DNA from: an uncultured Acidobacteriota bacterium
GTDB taxonomy: Bacteria > Acidobacteriota > Blastocatellia > RBC074
Direction of reading: 5' to 3'
Assembly: GCA_963796275.1 (NCBI GenBank)
Contig: CAWCKY010000006.1
Span: 320,001 to 384,000, forward strand
DNA length: 64,000 nt
The notes beneath the pieces were generated by a model. The model was not told the DNA's origin. It saw only the letters and a list, made by a program, of their open reading frames with translations, and searched no databases. Positions 41,541-53,349 of this stretch are shown in pieces (position 1 is the first letter of the stretch; each line of letters begins with the position of its first letter). The translations under genes were made by a program, and so were the position numbers.

Positions 41541-41594
41541 CTAAAAAGGCAAAAAGAGCAAAAAGCGAATCTTTTTGCTCCTTTTGCCTTTTAG
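41541..41594. repeat. intergenic inverted repeat (hairpin; REP-like element or terminator)
   Basis: CTAAAAAGGCAAAAAGAGCAAAAAG ... CTTTTTGCTCCTTTTGCCTTTTAG. Confidence 0.6.
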
Positions 41595-41657
41595 TCATCT
41601 CTCTAGTTAGTAGCACCGCCGCGAGACAGTGCCACTAACAGGTTTGAACGTTACAAA

Positions 41658-42404
41658 TTATCGCGCATAGAGGGAGACTTTCGGCGCCGTCCGCGAGTAC
41701 GAATTCGCCTTGCTGAAGTGGAATTCGACGCCGCTGATCGCCCGATCATTACCGCGCAGATCGATGGCGCGCGTCTGACCGCCCGCAGCAATCCGGTTGC
41801 GAAGGTCGACCTCTTCTTTGCTGCCGTTTGCAAATTGAACCACAACGCGCTGAAACTCTACCGGTGCGCCGGCGACGCGCAGCTGAATGCTTTGAAATCT
41901 GCCCTCGGTTCGGCCAATCCCGATCCGGTCGTGATCACTCTGGCCGTTCACCGTCGTCTGTCCCAGATAGACCCAGGGGCCTGGTTTCGGGTTGACTTTC
42001 TCCCCGTAGAGGGACACGCGCGGTAGAGAGCTCGCCCGCCAATTCGCCTTGCTGAAGTGGAAGTCGACGCTGCTGATAACCCTGTCATAACCGCGTAGAT
42101 CGATGGCGCGCGTCTGACCGCCCGCAGCAATCCGGTTGCGAAGGTCGACCTCTTCCTTGCCGCCGTTTACGAAATTGACAACAACGCGCTGAAACTCTAC
42201 CGGTGCGCCGGCGACGCGCAGCTGAATGCTTTGAAATCTGCCCTCGTTTCGGCCGATCCCGATCCGGTCGTGATCACTCTGGCCATTCACAGTCGTCTGT
42301 CCCAGATAAACCCATCGTTTGGCTTCTTTGGCAAGGCCCGCCTGGCCGATGCTCAACAGCAAGAATAAAGCTCCCACGATTCGCGTAAATTTTGATGTCG
42401 CCAT
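41658..42404 (-). CDS. exported protein with two tandem DUF2541/YaaI-like domains
   Basis: Signal peptide plus two copies of WVYLGQTTVNGQSDHDRI..GGQTRAIDLRG, with a period of 113 aa. Confidence 0.75.
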   Translation of the reverse strand: MATSKFTRIVGALFLLLSIGQAGLAKEAKRWVYLGQTTVNGQSDHDRIGIGRNEGRFQSIQLRVAGAPVEFQRVVVNFVNGGKEEVDLRNRIAAGGQTRAIDLRGYDRVISSVDFHFSKANWRASSLPRVSLYGEKVNPKPGPWVYLGQTTVNGQSDHDRIGIGRTEGRFQSIQLRVAGAPVEFQRVVVQFANGSKEEVDLRNRIAAGGQTRAIDLRGNDRAISGVEFHFSKANSYSRTAPKVSLYAR

Positions 42405-42532
42405 ATTTTCTCCTCGTTACTTTTATTTTTGTTTTATCAGTGCGCTTCATACCTCGCATTTCAGCGCCATTCCCCGTTATTCAAACTGTTCAAACCCTTC
42501 TACTCTCTAAATTCCGCAGTCGATAACACTTT

Positions 42533-42549
42533 TGCATCTCGCGTGCCAA
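42533..42549 (-). promoter_or_regulatory. putative sigma54 (-24/-12) promoter
   Basis: Minus strand TTGGCACGCGAGATGCA has GG-N10-GC spacing and lies ~130 nt upstream of ATG 42404. Confidence 0.6.
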
Positions 42550-42983
42550 CGCTGTCCATGGTCATCTTTCATCCCGAAATGCTGTGATCAGGAGGGTTCC
42601 GCTGATGTTTCGTTGATGTGTGCACGTATGGTATCGCAGCCGAGGATACGATGTGGTATAGGAGAGAGTCGGAACGGTATGTGAGTGCGAAACTTCACAT
42701 ATTTATCGCACGCCAACTTTCACATAAATCGTGCGCGGCTCTGCCCATGTCGGGAAGAGAAAACTGAATCCCGACTGTTGCAGTATGCCCGGAATAACTC
42801 GGCGACTCTTTAAGATCAATTCTGTTTCGGTACATATCAGGGAGAGCGCCTATCTCCAACATCCAAACGGTTGCCGGCAGCCCAAACCTGATTCCCCATG
42901 CCTGGCGCAGGATTCGCATACAAAAACTTTGTTTCCCCAGTACTTAAGGTCTTTAAAAAATAGATGCGGCCACGCCATCCAGC

Positions 42984-43045
42984 GTAGGGGAGGCCTGTGT
43001 GTCTGCCCGGATTTATGTTGCGCTGCTCAGGGCAGACACGCAGGT
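42984..43045. repeat. GTAG-type REP doublet (partial)
   Basis: GTAGGGGAGGCCTGTGTGTCTGCCC ... GGGCAGACACGCAGGT inverted arms. Confidence 0.65.
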
Positions 43046-43113
43046 AAAACATGCAGTTTGTCCCACGTGTTTGCTGTTATAGAAAGTTCAATCGTTGATG
43101 GCAACAATCGATG

Positions 43114-43677
43114 CTATTCGATCCTTCGAGTCACATACGCACCTTCCATATGTTTGTTCATCCGCACGGCTGGAAGCGCCATATCGCCGGGCATGGTAAT
43201 TTCAAACCTTTCCGCAACCGCAAAACCCAAAGCTTTGTAAAATGGCTCGCCCGGTAAGGTGGCAACCAATTCAAGCGTCACGTATCCAGCTTTTAGAGCC
43301 GCATCCTCGCAGGCATCCAGAATTCTGCTTCCGATCCCTTTCCGCGCCCAGCCTGGGTGAACAAAAAACGCGCGAATTCGGGCTGGTTCAATATCAGGAT
43401 CAAGTAAGGCATCCTCACCTGACTTGGTCTGATCGCCCCCGAAGAGGGTTTTGCGCATGCTCCAGCCGCCGCAACCGACAATCTGACCTGCCGCCTCGGC
43501 GACAAAATAAGTGCCATCGACGATGAGCTGGGAATCAACACCGAAGATATTTACCAAAGCGCTCTCGATTTGTTGCTCGGAGTAATAACCCTTACTCAGA
43601 CGGCGAACCGAGTCCGATATAAGATGTTCGAGCGCCGGCATATCATCATTCGTCGCTCTGCGAATCAGTATATTCAT
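43114..43677 (-). CDS. GNAT family N-acetyltransferase
   Basis: IVGCGGWS, RAFFVHPGWARKGIGS and ATLPGEPFY motifs. Start moved to ATG 43677. Confidence 0.9.
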   Translation of the reverse strand: MNILIRRATNDDMPALEHLISDSVRRLSKGYYSEQQIESALVNIFGVDSQLIVDGTYFVAEAAGQIVGCGGWSMRKTLFGGDQTKSGEDALLDPDIEPARIRAFFVHPGWARKGIGSRILDACEDAALKAGYVTLELVATLPGEPFYKALGFAVAERFEITMPGDMALPAVRMNKHMEGAYVTRRIE

Positions 43678-43717
43678 AATGATCGAATCCGCTCGATGAA
43701 CGCAGCTCTGCAACCTC

Positions 43718-44749
43718 CTAGGGATTCGTCGGCATTGGGTTTCGCTCGACAAACTGGCGCTGATGCCAGTACGGATAAATCGGCGTAATTGCGCTGGCAG
43801 CATCTAGTTGAGCAACCTGTTTTTCAGTCAGATTCCATCCGGCTGCGCCCAGGTTTTGTCTGAGCTGCGACTCGTCGCGTGCGCCGATAATCACGCTCGC
43901 CACAGTGGGGCGCTGTAACAGCCAGTTCAGAGCGATCTGTGTCACTGTCTTTCCCGTTTCCCTGGCCACATCATCCAGAGCATCGACTACGTTATAGAGC
44001 AGCTCATCGGGGACAGGCGGACCCTGTTCTGCAGTCTGATGCAGTCTGCTGACCGGGGGGAGCGGCTGGTTACGACGGATCTTACCGGTGAGGCGTCCCC
44101 ACCCCAGCGGGCTCCAGACGAGCGTCCCGATCTTCTGGTCGAGCGCGAGCGGCATAAGTTCCCACTCGTATTCGCGCCCGATAAGCGAATAATAGGCCTG
44201 ATGGGCGGCATAGCGGGTCCATCCATACCTATCCGAAACAGCAAGCGACTTCATCAGATGCCAGCCGGAGAAATTGGAACAGGCGATGTAGCGAACCTTA
44301 CCGCTTTGTACGAGATCGTCGAGCGTTCGCAGCGCTTCTTCGACGGGAGTCAGCGCATCGAATCCATGCAGGGTATAAATGTCTATGTAATCTGTATTCA
44401 ACCGGCGCAAACTAGCTTCGCACGAAATTGTCAGATGATGGCGTGAAGAGCCGACGTCGTTCGGGTCTTCGCCCATACGAAAGGTCGCCTTGGTTGAAAT
44501 GAGAGCTTTGTTTCGGCGCCCTGAGATAGCTTGGCCCAGGACCTCTTCCGACAGGCCATTGGAATAAATATCTGCGGTATCGAACAGGTTGGCGCCCGCA
44601 TCCAAACAAATATCGACCAGACGGCGCGCCTCTGCGACGTCGGTATCGCCCCAGGCGCGGAAGAATTCGTTTCCACCGCCGAAGGTAGCTGCGCCGAAAC
44701 TGAGGGCGGGCACCTTCAAGCCAGATCCGCCGAGTTGTCTATATTCCAT
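43718..44749 (-). CDS. aldo/keto reductase
   Basis: MEYRQLGGSGLKV, FDTADIYS, SLRRLNTDYID and GKVRYIACSN motifs. Confidence 0.93.
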   Translation of the reverse strand: MEYRQLGGSGLKVPALSFGAATFGGGNEFFRAWGDTDVAEARRLVDICLDAGANLFDTADIYSNGLSEEVLGQAISGRRNKALISTKATFRMGEDPNDVGSSRHHLTISCEASLRRLNTDYIDIYTLHGFDALTPVEEALRTLDDLVQSGKVRYIACSNFSGWHLMKSLAVSDRYGWTRYAAHQAYYSLIGREYEWELMPLALDQKIGTLVWSPLGWGRLTGKIRRNQPLPPVSRLHQTAEQGPPVPDELLYNVVDALDDVARETGKTVTQIALNWLLQRPTVASVIIGARDESQLRQNLGAAGWNLTEKQVAQLDAASAITPIYPYWHQRQFVERNPMPTNP

Positions 44750-44949
44750 TATTTTCCTCCCTTTCCCTTCAAAAAATTTCTATTCAGTACTCTCTTATGC
44801 AAATTTCGGTCTGTCAATGGATAATGCCTGCCCACCATATCGGAATAATCGTTGCCCGAAAACAGATGACAAATCGGCAACGATAACGGACAATTATTCC
44901 CCCGGCACTTCGAATCCCTCAAACCTGATGAGGAGGATGAATCCACAAG

Positions 44950-46119
44950 ATGCGATTAATTATTTGCGTTATGCTCCTGTGTTTGCTGGCGAGTCTCAGT
45001 GTGTTTGCTGCTGAGAACGGCCGCCGTGTAGTGATTTACAATGAGATTGCGACAGAAGTTGAAGCGCCAGCCAAAACGCTCGGGTCTCCCGGCACCGACG
45101 ATCTGTGGGTGACGCTGGCCGACCTCAAGCGCGCGACCCAATTTGTGCTCAAGCCGCAAGGCGTCTGTCGCGATGAGTTCTGCTATCCGATCCCCAAGGC
45201 GCGCCGATCGGCTTTTTTGTCTAAACAGGGATCGGTCACCTGGTTCAATCTGAGCGAGTTCGCGCGGATGCTGCGACAGCCTGCAGCTTATGACGCGGAG
45301 CAGGCTGCCTGGTACTTCGGGCCGATGGCGGAAGATCAGAACGGTTACATCGCTTCGCTCATCGCGCCTGACTTCAAGCTGCCCGACGCCCAGGGCAAGC
45401 CGCACTCGCTCTCCGATTTTCGCGGCAAAAAGGTTTTGTTGTTGACCTGGGCTTCGTGGTGAGGATGCCGCTTCGATCTGCCTGGATGGCAGAAACTTTA
45501 TAGCGAACTGAGGGAAAAAAATTTCGAGATCATTTCCGTCGCGCAGGACACGGGCGGACTTAAAGATGCAGGGAAGTGGATAGATGCAGCCAAACCGGAA
45601 TACACCGTGCTGATCGACACACAGCATCTCGTCACTCGGCTTTATAACATGGTCAATGTGCCGACCGCCGTATGGATCAATGAAAAAGGGCGCATAGTGC
45701 GGCCGAACGAAGTCGCCTTTGTAGACGATCGATATAAATCGATGCACAAACTTGAAGCCAACGAATATCTCAATGCTATTCGTGATTGGGCGGCGAACGG
45801 CGAAAAGAGCGCCTTCGTGATCCCAGCCAAAGAGCTGAAGGCCAGGATCGCGCCGCAAAACCCCGATTGGGCGCGCGCGGCGGCTGAATTCGGTCTGGCC
45901 GAATATCTCTATCGCAAGGGGTTGGGGGAGGCCTCGATCAAACATTACAAGGAAGCGCAACGACTCAACCCGGAAAGCTGGAACTACAAACGCCAGGCGT
46001 GGGCGCTCTCGGACGCCGAGCGTGATTACGGGACGAACTTTATGAAAGAGGTGCAGAAACTGAACGGTAAGCCATATTATGCGCCTCGCCAACTGCCGGA
46101 AGCGAAGAAAAAGGATTGA
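44950..46119 (+). CDS. probable selenoprotein: exported redoxin/AhpC-TSA domain protein with C-terminal TPR-like helices; Sec at 45460-45462
   Basis: APDFKLPD..SLSDFRGKKVLLLTWASW-TGA-GCRFDLP continues in frame with no other stop to 46119 (389 aa). Confidence 0.85.
45460..45493 (+). promoter_or_regulatory. putative bacterial SECIS hairpin
   Basis: Stem TCTGCC/GGCAGA (45477-45493) with loop TGGAT beginning 20 nt after the UGA; G at loop position 2. Confidence 0.65.
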
Positions 46120-46492
46120 TGCAGAATTCCGGTTAAGCTGCAAGTGAGAGATTTTTATGTCGGCACACAAGTAAAACTCGATGGCCCGATTCCCGGCGTC
46201 AATTTTCGATGTCGAGTTTCGGGCCGCCGGCTTTCTGGAACTCATCTATCCGACTAGATTTAACCTTGACAAAGGCATGAGCGCACCGATTTATCACACC
46301 CGCTGCCTGAGGCTGCACGCATCTGATTAGTGCGCAACTAATCCATCCTTCCAAAGAGTTACATAGTTAAATAACTGTTTGACTACTTCCCGCCAGGCAG
46401 GCTAAAATGCGCTCCGACGGCGAGCATGGCTGTTGCACTGATCGCTGGCGAATCGAATTCTGTGGTTGAACATACGAAGGAGGGAGAAAAAA

Positions 46493-47239
46493 ATGGGTGA
46501 TAAGAAGAAGATTGCGTTAATAACGGGAGCCAACCGAGGCATAGGGTTTGAAACGGCGCGTCAACTGGGGCGGAGGGAGATCAAAATCCTCCTCGGCGCA
46601 CGCAACGAGAAGCTCGGCAAAGAAGCCGAAGCCAGTCTCAAAGGCGAAGGGCTGGACGTCGAATTTTTGTTGTTGGATGCGGCTGATGAAAAAACTCACG
46701 CAAGCGCCGCGAAATATATCCAGGAAAAATTCGGTCATCTCGACATCCTCATCAACAACTCGGGAGTCAATCTCGAGGGCAACCCTGAAAATCCAATAAA
46801 ACCGGCGAGTCAAACGCCGCTCGAGATATATCGTAAAACCTTCGAGACCAACTTTTTTGGCCTCGTCGCGCTGACCCAGAAATTATTGCCGCTCATCAAG
46901 AAGAGCGATTCGGGGAGAATCGTTAATTTATCAAGTGTACTCGGCTCGACGACTTTGCATTCACAACCGGAGAGCATTATCTACGATGCGAAAGTCCCTG
47001 CTTATGATGTATCGAAAGCGGCGGTCAATTCCTTCACGGTCCATCTGGCATATGAACTCAAGGACACGCCGATCAAAGTCAATGCCGCGCATCCGGGCTG
47101 GGTAAAAACCGATATGGGCGGGGAGAATGCGCCGATGGGGATAGAAGACGGCGCCCAAACCTCAGTGGCTCTGGCCTTACTCGCAGACGATGGTCCTACC
47201 GGAAAATTTATTCATCTAGACAGGGAACTCCCCTGGTGA
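46493..47239 (+). CDS. SDR family oxidoreductase
   Basis: TGANRGIG, NNSG, YDVSK (YxxxK) and HPGWVKTDMGG motifs. Confidence 0.93.
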   Translation: MGDKKKIALITGANRGIGFETARQLGRREIKILLGARNEKLGKEAEASLKGEGLDVEFLLLDAADEKTHASAAKYIQEKFGHLDILINNSGVNLEGNPENPIKPASQTPLEIYRKTFETNFFGLVALTQKLLPLIKKSDSGRIVNLSSVLGSTTLHSQPESIIYDAKVPAYDVSKAAVNSFTVHLAYELKDTPIKVNAAHPGWVKTDMGGENAPMGIEDGAQTSVALALLADDGPTGKFIHLDRELPW

Positions 47240-47248
47240 ATTTAAATA

Positions 47249-47559
47249 ATGAAATTTGGCATCAATATTTTGAATTTCGGGCCCGGAGCCAATCCCGCAT
47301 CTCTGGAGCGCTGGGCGCGATTTGCCGAGGATACCGGATGTGGCTTTCCGACTCTCCGCTCCCCGATGACAAACGATTGGCGGGAGAGGGGACGATAGAC
47401 CAGGTTCGCTCGGATCTCGAGGATCTGGCAGCTCTGGGTGCGGAGTACGTATTGCTGGATACTTACAGAGGGCCTGATCACAAACCGGAAGATGATTGGG
47501 CAATGCTTACCTTATTTACTGAACGGGTTCTCGATTCAGGGCCCCGTGATGTGCGCTAA
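47249..47559 (+). pseudogene. internally deleted LLM-class (F420/flavin-dependent) oxidoreductase remnant
   Basis: ATG 47249 gives MKFGINILNFGPGANPASLERWARFAEDTG (LLM-like N-terminus). It is joined out of frame near 47340 to GTIDQVRSDLEDLAALGAEYVLL (LLM-like C-terminus). Confidence 0.7.
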
Positions 47560-47582
47560 CGTTAATGCAGGGGTGAATACCG

Positions 47583-48020
47583 ATGGCCAAAATGCTTGAC
47601 AACATAGAGGGGATGTTGAAAGGCGATATCCCTCATCCTCCGATCGCGCAGCTTATCGGATTTCGCATCGCTTCTATTAAACCGGGAGAGGCTGTTATCG
47701 AGTTGGAAGCCCGCGAAATCCACGCCAATCCGATGGGTACGCTTCACGGGGGGGTTCTTTGCGATGTCGCGGATGCCGCAATGGGAATGGCTTTCGGCGC
47801 TACGCTCGACGAAGGCGAATCATTTACGACGCTCGAGCTTAAGATCAATTTTCTAAAGCCGGTTTGGAAGGCCAGGCTCAAAGCCGTCGGACGGGTCGTT
47901 AAACAGGGACGCACGATAAGCCTTATTGAATGCGATGTGATAGACGAGCAGGGAAGCCTGGTTGCGCGAGCTGTCAGTACCTGCATGATTTTGAGAGGCG
48001 ATATGGCGGCCGGAAGGTGA
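47583..48020 (+). CDS. PaaI family hotdog-fold thioesterase
   Basis: HANPMGTLHGGVLCDVADAAMG and TLELKINFLKP motifs. Confidence 0.92.
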   Translation: MAKMLDNIEGMLKGDIPHPPIAQLIGFRIASIKPGEAVIELEAREIHANPMGTLHGGVLCDVADAAMGMAFGATLDEGESFTTLELKINFLKPVWKARLKAVGRVVKQGRTISLIECDVIDEQGSLVARAVSTCMILRGDMAAGR

Positions 48021-48040
48021 GCGGTAAGAATAAAAACAAA

Positions 48041-48102
48041 ACAGGCGAAATTGAAGGAAACAATTGAAATGGCCTTTTCGATCGTCTCCCTATTTCGCCT
48101 GT
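48041..48102. terminator. imperfect hairpin between convergent genes
   Basis: ACAGGCGAAAT ... ATTTCGCCTGT arms. Confidence 0.45.
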
Positions 48103-48117
48103 CTTTGTACGTTCAAT

Positions 48118-49974
48118 TCAATTGTTTATCGCCGGATTTAATCGGCCACGCTGTTCCGGCATAAATATCCTGATATCAGCTTCAAAATTGTAACTTCTAC
48201 GCTCGTTCCGTTGCTTCTGTCTGATCTTCGGAGCATTTCTGAGCTTGACGCCGGCCGGCAAGAGTTTGGCTACGAGCGATTCTGCGTGCCGGCGGATTTC
48301 CGGCGCTAATGTCATCAAATAAGATGCATCGTCCCGGGCGATCGCCTGCAACGCTTCGCGTAGCGGCTGCCAGTTCTCACCACATTCCGCATCATCGATC
48401 AACCGCGCGGCCTCATTACCGTGGCCAGTCGCCACCGCGTCGCGGAAGAACATGATGATTTCGGGCCAGGCTTCTTTGTGCAATGAGTCATTTCCTTGCT
48501 GGATGAATGCGCGCGCATGTTTGACCGCCTCAACCCAGATACCACGCCTCATTAGAATGCAGGCGAGCGTATGAATGTTGATCAGGTCCTTATCACGGCT
48601 TGCAATGATCGACCGCCGCGAATATTCCTCCGCTTCATCGAGGGGCTTATTGTTGAGATAGAGCTGCCAGGCCAGATTATTCAGGAAAGAGGCATTCTCC
48701 GGGCTCAACTTGACGGCTCTTCGATATGCTTTCTCTGCATCTTCGGGTTTGTTCAGCCTATCGCTCAGCAGAATTCCAAAATCGTGCCATACACTGGCAT
48801 TGTTCGGTTCAAGTTCGAGCGCTTTACGATAAGCGGCTGCGGCCTCCGAAACGCGATTGGCTTTATTCTGCAGTAATGACCCAAGGCATTTCCACGCCGA
48901 AGCATAGGTTGGATTGAGTTCGATTGCTTTGCGGAAGGCTCGTTCGGCTTCATCGAAGCGGTTGTGCTGCGATTTGAGTAATCGACCCAGATTATACCAG
49001 GGCAGCGCGAATTTCGAATCGAGTTCGATCGCCAGGTAGTAAGCTGCTTCCGCTTCGTCTGCGCGGTTGAGGTGTTCTATCAGTAGGTTGCCGTAATCGT
49101 TCCAGGAGTATGCGTCGTGCCCGCCCAGGGTTTTTATTTGCGGATATGCCCACTCCAGTTTCTTTCGGCTACCGGGAAGCTTTTTGATCCTGTTAGCCCA
49201 TAAGAGCCAAACGTGCGGCGTGCGGACACTTGGCAGAATCTTTTCGACTTCTTTGAGTAATCGAGGTTGATTTGAAGCATCCTGTTTAGCTAGACGAGCT
49301 ATCACTCTGAGCGATTGGTTGCCAGTGCGCATTGCCTCGGCGTCCGCTCCCTCGATGTCGGCGTAATGGTCGAGTTTTCCCGCACAGATGGCTGCCGTCA
49401 GCGATTGAAATAAGTCCGCGCCTAACTTCTTCGAGAAACGCGTAGTCTGCCGGTCGAAACTTTGTATCAAACCAGTCACCCGGTTAGCCGGCATCGATTT
49501 AATCTCGTCGGCGATCTTCTTCTTTTCATCGAGCTTCAGAAAGAGCGCCCCACCAAGCTGTTGCCAGAACTTTTCCGGCTCCCAGCCCTGCATTCGGATA
49601 TTCGCCAGACGGATCGCTGTTCGGATCGCATGGAGCTGTTGGACGCGCTCTCGGTGCGGGTTTTGTCGAGCGCTTCCGTCCGCGGGTTTTAAATTCATGA
49701 TTTCCTGAGCCTGGGCTTGGATTCGCTTGCGCGCAGCGGAACGCGCACGGAAAAGTCCGATCACGTAGGATATATAGATCAGCGTCGCTATCGATGTGAG
49801 GATGAATGCAAACAACAACCAGAGCCGTTCGGGTTCACCGCCAGAGTAAACCTTCATCAGGTCCGTGGCTACGCTGCCTATCAGCGCGAGCAATAAGGCT
49901 CCTACGATTAAAAAGATAGGCCCTTTCGCCGGTAACCATGATCCGAATATCTCTGTTGTCGCTAGCCGTTTCAA
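48118..49974 (-). CDS. two-TM-anchored tetratricopeptide repeat protein
   Basis: TTG start after GGAGG, two N-terminal TM helices, ~5 TPRs (AWxxLGxLL..EAExAYRKAIELxP). Confidence 0.8.
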   Translation of the reverse strand: MKRLATTEIFGSWLPAKGPIFLIVGALLLALIGSVATDLMKVYSGGEPERLWLLFAFILTSIATLIYISYVIGLFRARSAARKRIQAQAQEIMNLKPADGSARQNPHRERVQQLHAIRTAIRLANIRMQGWEPEKFWQQLGGALFLKLDEKKKIADEIKSMPANRVTGLIQSFDRQTTRFSKKLGADLFQSLTAAICAGKLDHYADIEGADAEAMRTGNQSLRVIARLAKQDASNQPRLLKEVEKILPSVRTPHVWLLWANRIKKLPGSRKKLEWAYPQIKTLGGHDAYSWNDYGNLLIEHLNRADEAEAAYYLAIELDSKFALPWYNLGRLLKSQHNRFDEAERAFRKAIELNPTYASAWKCLGSLLQNKANRVSEAAAAYRKALELEPNNASVWHDFGILLSDRLNKPEDAEKAYRRAVKLSPENASFLNNLAWQLYLNNKPLDEAEEYSRRSIIASRDKDLINIHTLACILMRRGIWVEAVKHARAFIQQGNDSLHKEAWPEIIMFFRDAVATGHGNEAARLIDDAECGENWQPLREALQAIARDDASYLMTLAPEIRRHAESLVAKLLPAGVKLRNAPKIRQKQRNERRSYNFEADIRIFMPEQRGRLNPAINN

Positions 49975-50341
49975 GATACACCTCCATCTGCTGACTTATC
50001 AGCTTCTTCCGGCGAAATGCCGAATAATAAACTGTTTACAAGTTAGACGTTTGATTAGTTGGTTCATTCAAGTGTGACCGTCTGCCTTGAAATCTGTCGC
50101 GTGTTTTCTAATTGTAAAACGGAATCTAACTGCGGCTAGGGTCGGGGCAATTCTGAGTTAGCCGAAAATCATAAAGGCATTCAAGTATGATCTTGAAAAG
50201 TACCTTGCGTTTCTATTACACGGTGCTCAATCGAGTCAAGTCATGGATCGTATACGAGGGAATATTTTTAAATGGATTATGATTCGTCAAATATTTCTTT
50301 TGAGTCTAATAAATCGCAACGGCCCTCAGATGAAAAACTAT

Positions 50342-51745
<1,404 letters not shown>

Positions 51746-51904
51746 CAGGTTCTTCTCCAGTATTTTGAATTTCTAGACGACTCTTCATCACTAGTTACTG
51801 TAGTTTAATCGCTCAGCAGAATAGGCGCTAGGTCAAGTTATGTCTAGTAAGCGGGTCGAAATTTGTATTGATTGATTGGAATGGCGTACCTTCAATCTGG
51901 CGCA

Positions 51905-52645
51905 TTACTCATCTTGAATTCGGGTTCCCAGATCGATAATCCATGCCCCTGGCAGATGCTGGTTGATTAAGCGGCTATTGAGATTGAGCCACCCCGCTGC
52001 CCGGTCGAGGATATTTGAATCGGAGGTCACCGCGATTCGATCCGTAGCCAGGATCATCATTTTGTCGGGATTCATTGTAACCTCCACCTCCCACGGCCAT
52101 TGCTCTTGGGCGGCCACCTCTCTGATCCATTGCGCCAGACGGCCGCTGTTTGAAATCGGTTGATCGAGCAGCCACGTGGCGGAAGCAGGCTCCGCTGTCA
52201 TGAGAGTTTCGCCAATCAAATGAATAGCTTTTTCGGTCTCCGCGACTGACCTGTATGATCCATGGACCCCCGATAGATCGCGTATACAGTTATCGCGGCA
52301 ATATACCAGGAGGCCGCCGGAAAGAGCCGCTTCTACCGTTATGATAAGATTGAATCCATCGATCAGGAGACTTCGGCCCTTGATAGCTTCAAATGGAAGA
52401 CCTTTCTGTTCCCGCCCGTTCTGCTGGCGGTCCGAACACGCCGCTCTGGAAACAGCCAGCCGCTGTCGCTCTTTGAGCGCGTAGCGATCTCCGACGAGCT
52501 TGAGTGAGGCCTTGGCCGTGTAACCCTTGGTGAAAAGCCAGGATAGATCAGAAACCGCGCGGACCAGATCAGGGATTTGAGCCGGTGCAAAAAGCCTCCG
52601 ATCCGCCGGGTGTGCGCCTCGATGTTTGCTCTTCTCACCGTTCAT
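51905..52645 (-). CDS. DUF434 domain protein with PIN/NYN-like C-terminal domain
   Basis: HRGAHPAD, LKLVGDRY, IDGFNLI, ISNSGRL and TSDSNILD motifs. Confidence 0.75.
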   Translation of the reverse strand: MNGEKSKHRGAHPADRRLFAPAQIPDLVRAVSDLSWLFTKGYTAKASLKLVGDRYALKERQRLAVSRAACSDRQQNGREQKGLPFEAIKGRSLLIDGFNLIITVEAALSGGLLVYCRDNCIRDLSGVHGSYRSVAETEKAIHLIGETLMTAEPASATWLLDQPISNSGRLAQWIREVAAQEQWPWEVEVTMNPDKMMILATDRIAVTSDSNILDRAAGWLNLNSRLINQHLPGAWIIDLGTRIQDE

Positions 52646-52767
52646 TTTTCACCTCCCCCAACCTATTAGGCAGAAACAACGGGGAGGCATAGAATTATCT
52701 TCCCTCGGAAATGGAAATTCGATGGCCACTGCCATCCCGAAAGATATTTTAAAAACGGAGGTGGAAC

Positions 52768-53196
52768 GTGAATTCGATCAACGTCGGACGTGTTTTGCTC
52801 GGCGGTTTATTGGCAGGTTTGGTGATGAACATCGGCGAATTCCTGTTGAATGGGGTATTTCTGGCGGAGCCGATGAAAGAAGAATTCCTCAGGCTCGGCC
52901 TGCCATTGGCGCCTAGTGGTAAGACCATTGCTATCTGGGTAGTATTGACCTTCATCCTCGGCATCGTCATTGTTTACCTCTACGCAATGATCCGGCCTCG
53001 CACAGGGCCTGGCTTAAAGGCCGCGATCTCTGCGGGTTTGATAGCGTGGTTCTTCGTTTATTTCTATGTGGGATTGTCATACCAGGCTATGGGGTTATGG
53101 CCTATGAGCCTGACACTGATTGGAATGGTATGGGGCTTATTCGAATACGCGATCGGAGCAATCGCTGGAGCTCGCTTATACCGGGAAGCCAGGTAG
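52768..53196 (+). CDS. hypothetical four-TM membrane protein
   Basis: GTG start after GGAGG, four hydrophobic segments. Confidence 0.75.
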   Translation: MNSINVGRVLLGGLLAGLVMNIGEFLLNGVFLAEPMKEEFLRLGLPLAPSGKTIAIWVVLTFILGIVIVYLYAMIRPRTGPGLKAAISAGLIAWFFVYFYVGLSYQAMGLWPMSLTLIGMVWGLFEYAIGAIAGARLYREAR

Positions 53197-53349
53197 TATT
53201 GCATAAGCAATTTTCATACATGGAGACTAAACAAGCCACGGAGGCACAGAAATGCGAATAGCTTACGACGCTATCCCTTCCGCTTCCGTGGTCAATTTCT
53301 GTCAATAACTCAGCTAACCATAAACTCAGCTATCCAACCGGAGTATCTT

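Noticed and set aside
42695-43240. Short ORFs between the DUF2541-like and GNAT genes
   Set aside because: They have no motifs and overlap a REP element, so the region is likely non-coding.
44956-46245. 429-aa minus-strand ORF
   Set aside because: It is the antisense shadow of the redoxin selenoprotein, which has clear motifs and an RBS.
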